A DNA stretch of 22,786 nucleotides from Flavobacteriales bacterium (GCA_040377305.1 JBEIPA010000046.1:1-22786); one strand, 5' to 3'. Shown: positions 8,596 to 18,204, counted from the stretch's first letter. Made by a program: numbers and translations. The notes: generated by a model from the sequence alone, not told the origin.

Positions 8596-10392
8596 ATGTC
8601 ACAGAAAGACAGAAATGCACTTTATCTCGAATTTCAGAACGGAGACATTCCGAATGAAAATGATTTTGCCGACACAATTGATTCAGCATTGAATCTTGTT
8701 GATGATGGACTTTATCCATATAAAGTGGTCACTCCAACCGGAACTGCAAAGAATATAGGGATTGGTGATACAGCACCGGTTGCTACATTGGGTTTGAAAG
8801 GTCAGCCTGGACAGGACGATAGCATGATTTCATTTACAAGTCTTGATGAATCACAGAAGTGGAATATCAACCTGAATCCTACGGGCAACGACGTCGACGG
8901 TTTCAGTATTGACGATGCAACATCCGGAATTGGCAGCAGTAGATTCTTTATTGATCATGTTTCCCAGGGAAATATTGGTATCGGTACTGTAACTCCTCAG
9001 GCGAAGCTTCATGTTTCAGGAGCGAACGATGGTGGTAATGTTTCCATCATGGTTGAAAATCTGGAATCCGGTACTGAAGGAGGGTATCTCCTCAGCGCGC
9101 TAGACGACAATGCTATTCCGGAGAGAATGAAAACTCTCGCGGTACATGAAAAGATCGGAGCAGAACTTTCAGAACGAATTACTGTTCTTGGAACACATGG
9201 ACTTCCCACACTTCCAATTGTCAATGTGGGCATTAATGAAGTTCTTCCTTATGCAACTCTTCACGTTACCAAGCCCGCTGCTGATCCAACCGAACCAGTG
9301 AATCTTGCTGAGAACACAGGCATACTTTGTCTCGGGCAAATTGACGACGATAATTTGGCGATGGATAGCAAACAGATTCAGGCGCGTCATGGTGAATATG
9401 TGGGTGAGGGTTCAACACTTTCATTCACCGCGTCGGAATTGCACCTGCAACCTTATGGTGGAGGATTAGTTGTCAATGCCGCGAACGCTAATCCAATCAA
9501 CTATGTAACTATTGCTGGCGACGGAAAAACCGGCATTGGCAAAACTCCGGTTGATGAAAAACTTGAAGTGAATGGTGCGATTGTATTTGGTAACACAAAC
9601 ACAGCAGCACCGCAGAACGGAACAGTACGTTGGAGCAGTCCGGAAAAAGATCTTGAAGTGTGGGTAGATACAGAGTGGAAGTCACTCACGACACATGTAA
9701 ACACCGATGGACTCTGGACGGATGCTGGTGGTGGAACTATTTACTACAATCCGGTAGGTGAGCACGCCAAAGTGGGAATCGGAACTGCTCAACCCAATGC
9801 AATGCTTCATGTGAAAGAAACAAACACAGAAGCATTTGCGAGTACCGCCGCGGTTGCGGTGGTGAATCAGGCTTCAACATTATCACCAGATGCTGGCATG
9901 CTGCGAGTTGGAGTAGGGGTCAGTTGTTCAGGTGTATGGAGCCCGAATCCTGCAGCATTGAACATTGGATTGTACATCACAAATGTTACAGGACAAACAG
10001 AACCATCATCCAACCTTGCTGCTGTGGTGAACGGTAATACGGTCATCGGAAATATTACAGGGAATACTTTGGTTGGTACCGATTCAGTCAATGTTCTTGC
10101 AATTCAGAATGGAACTGCACCGACGACAACGCCTGGATTGACTGAGACAACCGGTATTCAGATATATTCTGATAACGTAACAGGAACCAGCGGAACTGCG
10201 ATTTCTGCATTTCACACGATGACAGGGGATGGTGCGATTCTGAAATTGTATCGTCAGCCAGACATGACTGCTTCTGACATTAATGCGCCTAATACGGGTA
10301 ACGCAGTTACAGATGCGGTTATTGACAACATGCGCACGCGCATCGATCAGCTCGAAGCAATTTTGAAAGCACTCGGAATACTTACACCATAA
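8596..10392 (+). CDS. Putative tail fibre protein (Afp13-like)
   Basis: 598 aa; N-terminal R..L...F..GD.P.E.DF...IDS.LN..DDG, as seen in CIS fibre attachment domains; five G.(V/I)GIGT..P...LHV-type repeats; Gly/Thr/Asn-rich; short C-terminal amphipathic helix. Confidence 0.78.
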   Translation: MSQKDRNALYLEFQNGDIPNENDFADTIDSALNLVDDGLYPYKVVTPTGTAKNIGIGDTAPVATLGLKGQPGQDDSMISFTSLDESQKWNINLNPTGNDVDGFSIDDATSGIGSSRFFIDHVSQGNIGIGTVTPQAKLHVSGANDGGNVSIMVENLESGTEGGYLLSALDDNAIPERMKTLAVHEKIGAELSERITVLGTHGLPTLPIVNVGINEVLPYATLHVTKPAADPTEPVNLAENTGILCLGQIDDDNLAMDSKQIQARHGEYVGEGSTLSFTASELHLQPYGGGLVVNAANANPINYVTIAGDGKTGIGKTPVDEKLEVNGAIVFGNTNTAAPQNGTVRWSSPEKDLEVWVDTEWKSLTTHVNTDGLWTDAGGGTIYYNPVGEHAKVGIGTAQPNAMLHVKETNTEAFASTAAVAVVNQASTLSPDAGMLRVGVGVSCSGVWSPNPAALNIGLYITNVTGQTEPSSNLAAVVNGNTVIGNITGNTLVGTDSVNVLAIQNGTAPTTTPGLTETTGIQIYSDNVTGTSGTAISAFHTMTGDGAILKLYRQPDMTASDINAPNTGNAVTDAVIDNMRTRIDQLEAILKALGILTP

Positions 10393-10441
10393 TTGAATTT
10401 ACAGCACACACTGAATTTACAGTAATGCAACTCATTTTATT

Positions 10442-13400
10442 ATGGCTGAAAGTTTAACCATATCCACTGCTCCTCCACCGCTGAAAAGCATGGACTATGC
10501 GCTCTTGCGCGAGAAGGCGTTGGCTCATATTCAAGAGCTGTCGGGAAAGATCTGGACAGACGATAACGCACATGATCCAGGCATTACAATACTGGAAATG
10601 CTTGCTTATGCGATTACCGATTTAGGGTATCGTACGAATTATAATATTCGTGATATCCTCACCACGGCAACACCAGAAGACATTAAAAATTTCTTCCCGG
10701 CTAAGGAGATTATGACCATGTATCCCGTAACCTTTAAGGATTACAGGAAATTATTGATTGACGTGGAAGTGCCCCTTGGAATTGCCAACTGTGAATCCGT
10801 GGGCGTGAAGAATGCATGGATCGAAGAATCGTCTACCAACGAAATTCCATTCTATCTCAACAGAGACAATAGAACGCTTTCTTACACTCAACCAAATTCC
10901 GATACATCGGGAACTTTACCGCGTTGTCTTTACAATGTGCTACTCGAATTCACTGAATGTGATTATCTCGGAGATCTGAATGAGAATACGCTTAGTAAAA
11001 AGATTACCATTAATGGATATACGCCAGTCAATGATCAGGCCATTAACGGTACAATTGTAGAGTTTGAAGTCGAGTTCTCCCGCTGGGATACGGTTGGTGT
11101 TGATTGGACAGATGAAGTGGCTGTACGGAAAACGATCAAGGCGTTTGATCTCAAAATATCGCAAATGCCTCCGCAATACGCGGTGGAATCTTATGGCGTT
11201 TTCACGAGCGGAGTTAATCAGGGCAAATTGTGGATTGTAATCAATCACAATTTCACACCGGATCTTGCATTGTCACAGTTCGTAGCCGATGCGATTAATA
11301 ATGAAGTCTTGCTTGAACAACCTCCGACTGTTTTCACCGGCATGGTGTTAACCTATCAGGAGAAGATCGACGCCATATTTAAGATTCTGGATGCGGTGAA
11401 GAAGACGCTCATGGAGCACCGCAATCTGGGTGAGGACTTTTATCTCTACAACGCTATTAAGATCGATCAGATCGCATTGTGCGCCGATGTTGATATTGCA
11501 AATAACGCCGACGTTGAAGAAGTTTACGCGCAGATCATTTATCGGATTAAGCAATTCCTGGACCCTACGATCTATTTCTACTCGCTGAGTGAAATGTATG
11601 ACAAGGGTTATACCACCGATGAGATTTTCGAAGGACCACTTCTGAAACACGGTTTTATCGAAGACAAGGAATTGCTAAAGAACGACAGACAGAAAACGAT
11701 TCACGTTTCTGATCTGCTGAGCATCATCATGGATATTCCGGGTGTGCTTGCAGTGCGTAAAATTCAGATCGCAGGAATTCCTCTCGACAATGATGATAAT
11801 ATTCCTGTAGAATCAGTTCGTTGGTGTCTGGAAATTCCAATTGAGAAAAACTATGTGGCGCGTTTGTCGGAAACGGATTCTAAACTTTTATTCTTCAAAG
11901 AGAACCTTCCGTATCGTGCTAACGCCAATGAAGCACAACAATTGCTTGATGAGCTGGAATCAAATGATCGTCCGCAGAAGCTGATCAATCCCTCACAGGA
12001 TATTCCGGTGGAAGCCGGCGAATTCAAGGATATTGAGAACTACTTCAGTATTCAGGAAGAATTTCCGCTTGTATATGGAACACAGTCTGCCGGATTACCA
12101 GCGACCGCTTCTACGGAACGACATGGACAGGCGAAACAACTAAAAGGTTATCTCCTGTTCTTTGAACAGATACTTGCTGATTATCTTTCTCAGTTGTTCC
12201 ATGTGAAGGATTTGTTCTCGATGAATGATGGAAAAGATCCGAACGGTGATTCAATCATCAACAAAACCTATTTTTCTCAATCGCTCATCAACCTTGTACC
12301 CGATGCACTTCCGCTATACGTAAATCCAACCGGGCACGCAGAGCGTTTGCAGGCAATGGTTGAAGATCAGGAGACTTTCCTCGAAAGAAGAAATCGTTTT
12401 CTAAGTCATCTTGCACAACGCTTCGCTGAATCGTTTGTCGACTACGCAATGATCGAGTACAAGATTGACGCGCCGAAAGCACCGGAAGAACTCATCGAGG
12501 ATAAACTTGCTTTCCTGAATAATTATCCGGAGATCAGTTCGCGTAGATTTAATGCATTCAATTACCTCGACTGTTGCGAGCTTTGGCACATTGATAATAT
12601 CTCAGGATTGGAACGTCGCGTTAGCTATCTGGCTGGTGTCGACAAACCAACTGCAGATTTGCTCGCATTTGGCGCGAATTTCAAAGTCATAGAATCAATT
12701 CCGAATCCGGATCAGTACTATCTCCAAATTGAAGACAACACGTCTGCAATTTTCATGTATAGTCCGGGTGGACCAACAACTGGATACTCTTCAATCGCAG
12801 AAGCAAAACTCGCGATGGAAAAAGTGATCCTGAATGGAATTGATCTGTTCAAGTTTGAAGTGCTTGATATAAACGGTACCGTGATCCCTGGTCCACCATT
12901 CGTTGGTGGTGCACCAAACTTCACCTTCCGCTTAAAGTGTGGAGATGAAGTTCTGGCGGTGAGTGCGAATAGTTATGTCACCGCGAATGCTGCTTATCAG
13001 GATATTGTAAATATTGCTGTACCACTCTTCACTGCTGAGTTCTACGATAATCCGGAATGCAACAGGTATAACCTGGAATGCTTCATGGATAAATACATAA
13101 CGACTGCTCCAGGCGATCCGGTGATTTCACCACCAGCTCCACCATGCCCGCAGAAATACACCTGGAACTACACGTTGAGTAACGGGGAGAATCCACCAAC
13201 AAGTTTGTTGTTTGGTGCACTATCTAAGTTGCATGAACCTAGCTTGCCTGGAACACCAGCAGAACAAGCTGAGGCAAACAAAGAACAGATGCTGATGACT
13301 ATGCTGAGAAGAGCATCGGATCTGAAAAACTATCGCTATGGTGTCGATGGTTCGTTTGACGAAATATTTACAGTCGTTGATGAATGCGGAGATGTCATCG

Positions 13401-14995
13401 GTACAAGTGTAGAGGAGGATTTCAATTTCGCAATTCAGCAAATTCTCATCCAGATCAGGAACAATCCACCGTTTGATGGAATTCAGGTGGTGGGTTCAGA
13501 CGGCAACGATGGAACGTACACCATGAATGCGAATCCAGTCATGGATGGTGGCAACACGCGATTGCTGAAATTATCAGTTGCGGAGCCGATTACTTCCGGA
13601 ATTGTGGGTGGGTTTATTCGCTATGATGTCAACTTAACTACACTGGTATCGCTGGTGCCAAATATTCTCGATGCCAATACATCGGAGAATTACTTCCGTG
13701 TTGATAAGGAACTTCATCGTGTACTAAAACCCGGTCAAAAAATTCAGGTTGCGAATAGTCCAAACGCAGGTGAATTCGTTGTGAAAAAGTGCGTGCAGGA
13801 TGGAGTGAATTCCATCGTCTATGTAAAAGAAGATGTTCCATCAACTGCAAACATTGGAAATCTGGAATACACGTTATTGTTGCCGATCTACAAGCTCGAT
13901 CAAACATTGGGTAGCGAATCCTTCTCTGTATTTCCGCAGATGGATGAACTCGCAGCTTCAGAGCTTGCTGAATGGATCAAGAATAAATTCTTCAGTCATG
14001 AAGGTATGCACGTGGTGGAACATGTTCTGCTTCGCCCAAAATATAATGAAGCAGGTCCGGCACTTCCAATCAGCGTTGCAAATGGGAATGACCTGAAAGT
14101 TGTTGCGCCATTAGGAAATGCGACTTTCCTGAAACAGTTTTCACTAATAAGCGCAGACCCGTTAACTAAAACATTTAAGTTTTCCGGTTTGTTCGCCGGT
14201 GACTTGCCTGCACTTAAAAAAATACGAATTGTTGGTTCATCACTTAACGACAATACATACACAGTCCATGTAGCTTCTAACTCGGGTGGCGACACCGAAG
14301 TTAAAATCTATGAGAACATACCATTTGCATCTGGTGCTGATGGCAATCTCCAGTATTCAAAAACTGCAGTGATTGATTCTGTTACTTCGCCGGATAAGAT
14401 TGTGATCACCGATACCCGCTTTGCACAACCGCTCAACGGAGAAATTTATATCACGGGTTCTTTTGAAGAAACCAATGATGGGAAATTCACTGCTGATCCG
14501 GGTATAAACGTTGGCGGTGATCAATATGAATTCCAGATGAAGACCCGCGTTGCGATGATCGTCGACGATTTCCTTCCAATTGATCTCGACAACGGTTGCG
14601 GTATTTGTAACTACGAAGATCCATACTCACATATTGTTTCCATAATTCTTCCTGCGTGGCAGGGGAGATTCTTCAATCAGGACTTCCGGAAGTTTATGGA
14701 CAAATTGATTCGTCTTGAAAGTCCTGCACACCTGGTGCTCAACATTTGTTGGATCAACTGCAAACAGATGGGTGAATTTGAATTGCACTACAAGCAATGG
14801 TTGCAAGCCCAGGCCAATCAACCAACCGTTGTTAAACTCGATGTTTCAAGAGCACTTGATCGTGTGATTGACGACATCACGAACTTACGCAGCGTCTATC
14901 CGGAAGGCATATTGCATGATTGCGAGTCAGATCCAGACGGAGATAATGCAATCGTACTTAATCAAACTATTATCGGTAATCTAACAGTGACTTAA
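10442..14995 (+). CDS. Very large Afp12-like baseplate protein with inserted repeat domains
   Basis: 1517 aa; DY..LR......IQ.LSG..WTD.N.HDPGITILE.L.YAITDLGYR, P.T..DYRKLLID, RNLGEDF, Y.SIQ..FP.VYG, QA.QLKGYLLFFEQ.LA, RRNRFL.HL..RF.E.F, EG.H.VEH.LLRP, DPYS......P.W, FR......IR.E.PAH. Confidence 0.88.
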   Translation: MAESLTISTAPPPLKSMDYALLREKALAHIQELSGKIWTDDNAHDPGITILEMLAYAITDLGYRTNYNIRDILTTATPEDIKNFFPAKEIMTMYPVTFKDYRKLLIDVEVPLGIANCESVGVKNAWIEESSTNEIPFYLNRDNRTLSYTQPNSDTSGTLPRCLYNVLLEFTECDYLGDLNENTLSKKITINGYTPVNDQAINGTIVEFEVEFSRWDTVGVDWTDEVAVRKTIKAFDLKISQMPPQYAVESYGVFTSGVNQGKLWIVINHNFTPDLALSQFVADAINNEVLLEQPPTVFTGMVLTYQEKIDAIFKILDAVKKTLMEHRNLGEDFYLYNAIKIDQIALCADVDIANNADVEEVYAQIIYRIKQFLDPTIYFYSLSEMYDKGYTTDEIFEGPLLKHGFIEDKELLKNDRQKTIHVSDLLSIIMDIPGVLAVRKIQIAGIPLDNDDNIPVESVRWCLEIPIEKNYVARLSETDSKLLFFKENLPYRANANEAQQLLDELESNDRPQKLINPSQDIPVEAGEFKDIENYFSIQEEFPLVYGTQSAGLPATASTERHGQAKQLKGYLLFFEQILADYLSQLFHVKDLFSMNDGKDPNGDSIINKTYFSQSLINLVPDALPLYVNPTGHAERLQAMVEDQETFLERRNRFLSHLAQRFAESFVDYAMIEYKIDAPKAPEELIEDKLAFLNNYPEISSRRFNAFNYLDCCELWHIDNISGLERRVSYLAGVDKPTADLLAFGANFKVIESIPNPDQYYLQIEDNTSAIFMYSPGGPTTGYSSIAEAKLAMEKVILNGIDLFKFEVLDINGTVIPGPPFVGGAPNFTFRLKCGDEVLAVSANSYVTANAAYQDIVNIAVPLFTAEFYDNPECNRYNLECFMDKYITTAPGDPVISPPAPPCPQKYTWNYTLSNGENPPTSLLFGALSKLHEPSLPGTPAEQAEANKEQMLMTMLRRASDLKNYRYGVDGSFDEIFTVVDECGDVIGTSVEEDFNFAIQQILIQIRNNPPFDGIQVVGSDGNDGTYTMNANPVMDGGNTRLLKLSVAEPITSGIVGGFIRYDVNLTTLVSLVPNILDANTSENYFRVDKELHRVLKPGQKIQVANSPNAGEFVVKKCVQDGVNSIVYVKEDVPSTANIGNLEYTLLLPIYKLDQTLGSESFSVFPQMDELAASELAEWIKNKFFSHEGMHVVEHVLLRPKYNEAGPALPISVANGNDLKVVAPLGNATFLKQFSLISADPLTKTFKFSGLFAGDLPALKKIRIVGSSLNDNTYTVHVASNSGGDTEVKIYENIPFASGADGNLQYSKTAVIDSVTSPDKIVITDTRFAQPLNGEIYITGSFEETNDGKFTADPGINVGGDQYEFQMKTRVAMIVDDFLPIDLDNGCGICNYEDPYSHIVSIILPAWQGRFFNQDFRKFMDKLIRLESPAHLVLNICWINCKQMGEFELHYKQWLQAQANQPTVVKLDVSRALDRVIDDITNLRSVYPEGILHDCESDPDGDNAIVLNQTIIGNLTVT

Positions 14996-14997
14996 TC

Positions 14998-17900
14998 ATG
15001 AGCACAGCGACAATCAACAAATACCCATTTTTTGAGAACAACCAGGTACTCACCAGCACACAGCTGAACGAACTTTCCGGTTATCTCGACCAGCAAACGC
15101 GAATGACGCGATATCGCCTTATTGGTATCGGCGCGTTGTGCGGACTTGTGCCAAGTTGGGATGCAGTCACGAGAAAACTGATCGTAACTGGTGGTACGGG
15201 TGTTACCTCAGAAGGATACCTGTTTGAAACGGGCAAATGCGAGTTCGTACAATATCGCACATACACTTTACCTGTATCTGTAGAATACAATAAGTTCATT
15301 GACCCTGCAGATTCATTGCAGGTTGATTTGTATGAGTTGCTTCCAACTGGCACAGTTCCGGCTGGAGTGAATCTAACTTCAGCTTTTGTCACAGATAAAG
15401 TGTTGCTCTATTTCCTGGAGATCGTTGACGTGGAGAACGATTCCTGTCTCGGAAAGAGCTGCGATACATTCGGATTTGAACGCACATACACGCTGCGCAA
15501 GTTATTAGTGTCGATTAACGACGCTAAAATTATTCTGGCAAACTCTTCAAGTACAGATCTGACTTATACGGCAAAATTTGATCTGCCGGAAATGTTGGCA
15601 GTTAAACCTTTGTTCAATCCTGCACTCGCGCACAGCAAAGATTATTTTCAGTTCTCGCAGAACTACAAGTTTGCAGCTGCTAGTGTATATAAGCGAGTTC
15701 CAACTGATCCGAAGGACTTGTTGAACGTTCTCAGGCAGACATACACCATATTCGAACCGATCCTGAAGGATATTTACGGTAACGTCAATCCATTCAACAC
15801 CATTCCAAACATTAACATCTGGGATGAGATTATGGACGGGGTGAATGGTTTGAATGGTCCGAGTTACTTCGGTATTCAATATTTCTACGACTTTTTGCGC
15901 GATCTTTTGCTCGCCTACAATGAATTCAAAGACGCTGCATTTGAATTGATGTCGGATTGCTGTTTCGATACGGATTTGTTTCCGAAACATTTGTTGCTTG
16001 GAGAAGTGATGGATCCGGATCCGGACCGACCTTCAGCGCTTCGTCATTATTTCGTAAATATTTCGCTCACACCTGCACAGCGCGTAGCGAAGGATACGCT
16101 GATTGCATATCATATCCGAATGGTATTGATGATTCGCAAGTTTGATATTGCGATTGTCCATAATCCAGGTACAGGAACACCTCCAACGTTTCCGGTTACA
16201 CGAATCACACCGAGCTTCGAGAAATGGGGCAAACTTTCTCAACGATCTATTCCATTCTATTACAAGATCGATGAGCCGGATGCTTCACTCGGAACATTGG
16301 AACGCGTATGGAATTACCAGAACGTATTGCGTAATCGGGATGTCGCAAACCAATATCCGGTAGTTGCTTATGGTAACCAGAGTCCGAACCAGATTGCACC
16401 GATCAGTCCAACGGAAACACCACTGTGGTACGATCAGGATCAATTTACATTCCTACGGGTTGAAGGAACATTCAGAAAGAATTTCAATACCGCACTTGCA
16501 GAAGTTAATGCAATCAAAAATGAATTCGATCTTCCGATAAATGCGGTAGCAGTACGTTTGCAGGGAACAGCAACGCCTGAAGAAATTATGGCTCGTTGTA
16601 ATTTCGACGACCTTCGTTCACAATACACCGCACAGCGAAACGAGTTCCTCTGCAAATGGCGTCGTTTCTTCGATCATTTCTTTACGAAAGATGCGAAAGG
16701 AAGTTTTGTACTGAAGAAGGTGCCTGATTTTGTGAAATCACTTTTCACGGCGGTTCCAACTCCTCAGGGTGGTGGCAATTCTTCGGCAAGTTTTCTGCCT
16801 GCGTACTATGCGTTACCCACTCAGTCTATTCCGCGTGTAGCAGTACCGTTCCAGTATTTGCCATTGCCAACAGTTGGTATTCAACAGGATCTCGCTACGT
16901 GGTTCACGCTGTTGATGAATAGCATGATCCCTATTTGTCAAACAGAAATACTCTTACCTGAAGAACTAGCTCAGTTCGATTACGGTGCTGAAACAACGGA
17001 TACATCATCCAGTTTCATTCTGACTTACATCGAGGCAGTTTCGCAAGCGAACAATTGTCTTGCACTGTTTAACATGCTGAACGATCAGATTACGCACAGC
17101 ACGCGTACCCGATTCAATCAGGAATTGTATTTCACCTATTCACAGTGGATAGGTGAACAAATGTGGTACTTGCGTGAATTCATCAGCGATTGCCAGTTCC
17201 GTGGACTTGAAGCCATCTATTATACATTGCAGTACCGTGTTGGATTCCTGCAAGCGAACGACCCAACGACATTCTCGAACTTCATTACACGCAATCCGGG
17301 AGTCGAACACAAAGCTGGTGCGCCATACGGTGGAACACTCGTACTCGTTTATCCGGGGGCACCTTTAAACTTCACAGTGAAAACTAAGGCTCTCTTTGCT
17401 GAAGTTCTGCAGGAGATAAAGATCAAGGAAGTAAGAAAATCTATGTTGCGTTCCATTCGCGGGCGCACGGCACAGGAGAATGCAGATCTCGTACTCGTTG
17501 AATCTCAGTTGTGTGATCTCTATGCACAGCAGGTTACTCAACAAGGGCGCCCTGTTGGACTTCTTGGTTCACCGGTATCTGCAATTTCAATTCGACGCAT
17601 TGCTATTGGCGCTGAAGATGTCATCGCGGATTTCTGTTTGCCTTACTTGACAAATTGTGATTGCGAGTGCGATGATATTCCGGCGCCAACATCAGAAGAT
17701 CTGAATCTGCCTGCATTGGCAATGCCACAGCTATACGATTACTTCTGCGGTGACTTCGCATTTGCGAATGATCAGAATTCGCACACAACGGGTTGTACTT
17801 CTCCGGCCCAGGTGCAAATCGATGTTCGTCCATATATCAATTATGGCACGGGTGTTAATGTTGATACGATGCTGGTACTGAAATTTGTTACGAATGGTGC

Positions 17901-18201
17901 AAGCCCGGTTTCAAACTTCGATGCGAAAGATCGTGCTGGTACTGTACAAACGATTACAACAACACGTGGAGGTACTGTTCTCATCAGCCAGTCGGCGTCG
18001 AACTATCAGGTGTTCATTTACACACCACCGCGATTGTTCATGGGAGTGGATTCTTTCGAATATGCATTCGAGATCTACGACTTCCAGGGAAATATTCGCG
18101 CCCGTTCGAATAAAGCAAGAATCACAGTTTTCGTTGGACCACGTTGTAACACAGGTGTTGTAAATACTGCTGTACAGGTGCCGCAAAATCCTGACGCGTA
18201 G
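14998..18201 (+). CDS. Conserved CIS-associated large protein, putative second fibre/crown-type appendage with C-terminal Ig-like domain
   Basis: 1067 aa, 2 nt after the upstream stop. N-terminal YP.FE.NQVLT..QLN....YLD.Q.R.TR..LIGIG..CGL; IQY.YD...DL..AY.E; FPKHLLLG; L..RSIPFYY; PG.EHKAG...GGT.VLVY..VIADF.LPY; C-terminal YTP...F.G.DSF.Y. The function is inferred. Confidence 0.7.
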   Translation: MSTATINKYPFFENNQVLTSTQLNELSGYLDQQTRMTRYRLIGIGALCGLVPSWDAVTRKLIVTGGTGVTSEGYLFETGKCEFVQYRTYTLPVSVEYNKFIDPADSLQVDLYELLPTGTVPAGVNLTSAFVTDKVLLYFLEIVDVENDSCLGKSCDTFGFERTYTLRKLLVSINDAKIILANSSSTDLTYTAKFDLPEMLAVKPLFNPALAHSKDYFQFSQNYKFAAASVYKRVPTDPKDLLNVLRQTYTIFEPILKDIYGNVNPFNTIPNINIWDEIMDGVNGLNGPSYFGIQYFYDFLRDLLLAYNEFKDAAFELMSDCCFDTDLFPKHLLLGEVMDPDPDRPSALRHYFVNISLTPAQRVAKDTLIAYHIRMVLMIRKFDIAIVHNPGTGTPPTFPVTRITPSFEKWGKLSQRSIPFYYKIDEPDASLGTLERVWNYQNVLRNRDVANQYPVVAYGNQSPNQIAPISPTETPLWYDQDQFTFLRVEGTFRKNFNTALAEVNAIKNEFDLPINAVAVRLQGTATPEEIMARCNFDDLRSQYTAQRNEFLCKWRRFFDHFFTKDAKGSFVLKKVPDFVKSLFTAVPTPQGGGNSSASFLPAYYALPTQSIPRVAVPFQYLPLPTVGIQQDLATWFTLLMNSMIPICQTEILLPEELAQFDYGAETTDTSSSFILTYIEAVSQANNCLALFNMLNDQITHSTRTRFNQELYFTYSQWIGEQMWYLREFISDCQFRGLEAIYYTLQYRVGFLQANDPTTFSNFITRNPGVEHKAGAPYGGTLVLVYPGAPLNFTVKTKALFAEVLQEIKIKEVRKSMLRSIRGRTAQENADLVLVESQLCDLYAQQVTQQGRPVGLLGSPVSAISIRRIAIGAEDVIADFCLPYLTNCDCECDDIPAPTSEDLNLPALAMPQLYDYFCGDFAFANDQNSHTTGCTSPAQVQIDVRPYINYGTGVNVDTMLVLKFVTNGASPVSNFDAKDRAGTVQTITTTRGGTVLISQSASNYQVFIYTPPRLFMGVDSFEYAFEIYDFQGNIRARSNKARITVFVGPRCNTGVVNTAVQVPQNPDA

Positions 18202-18204
18202 TAA

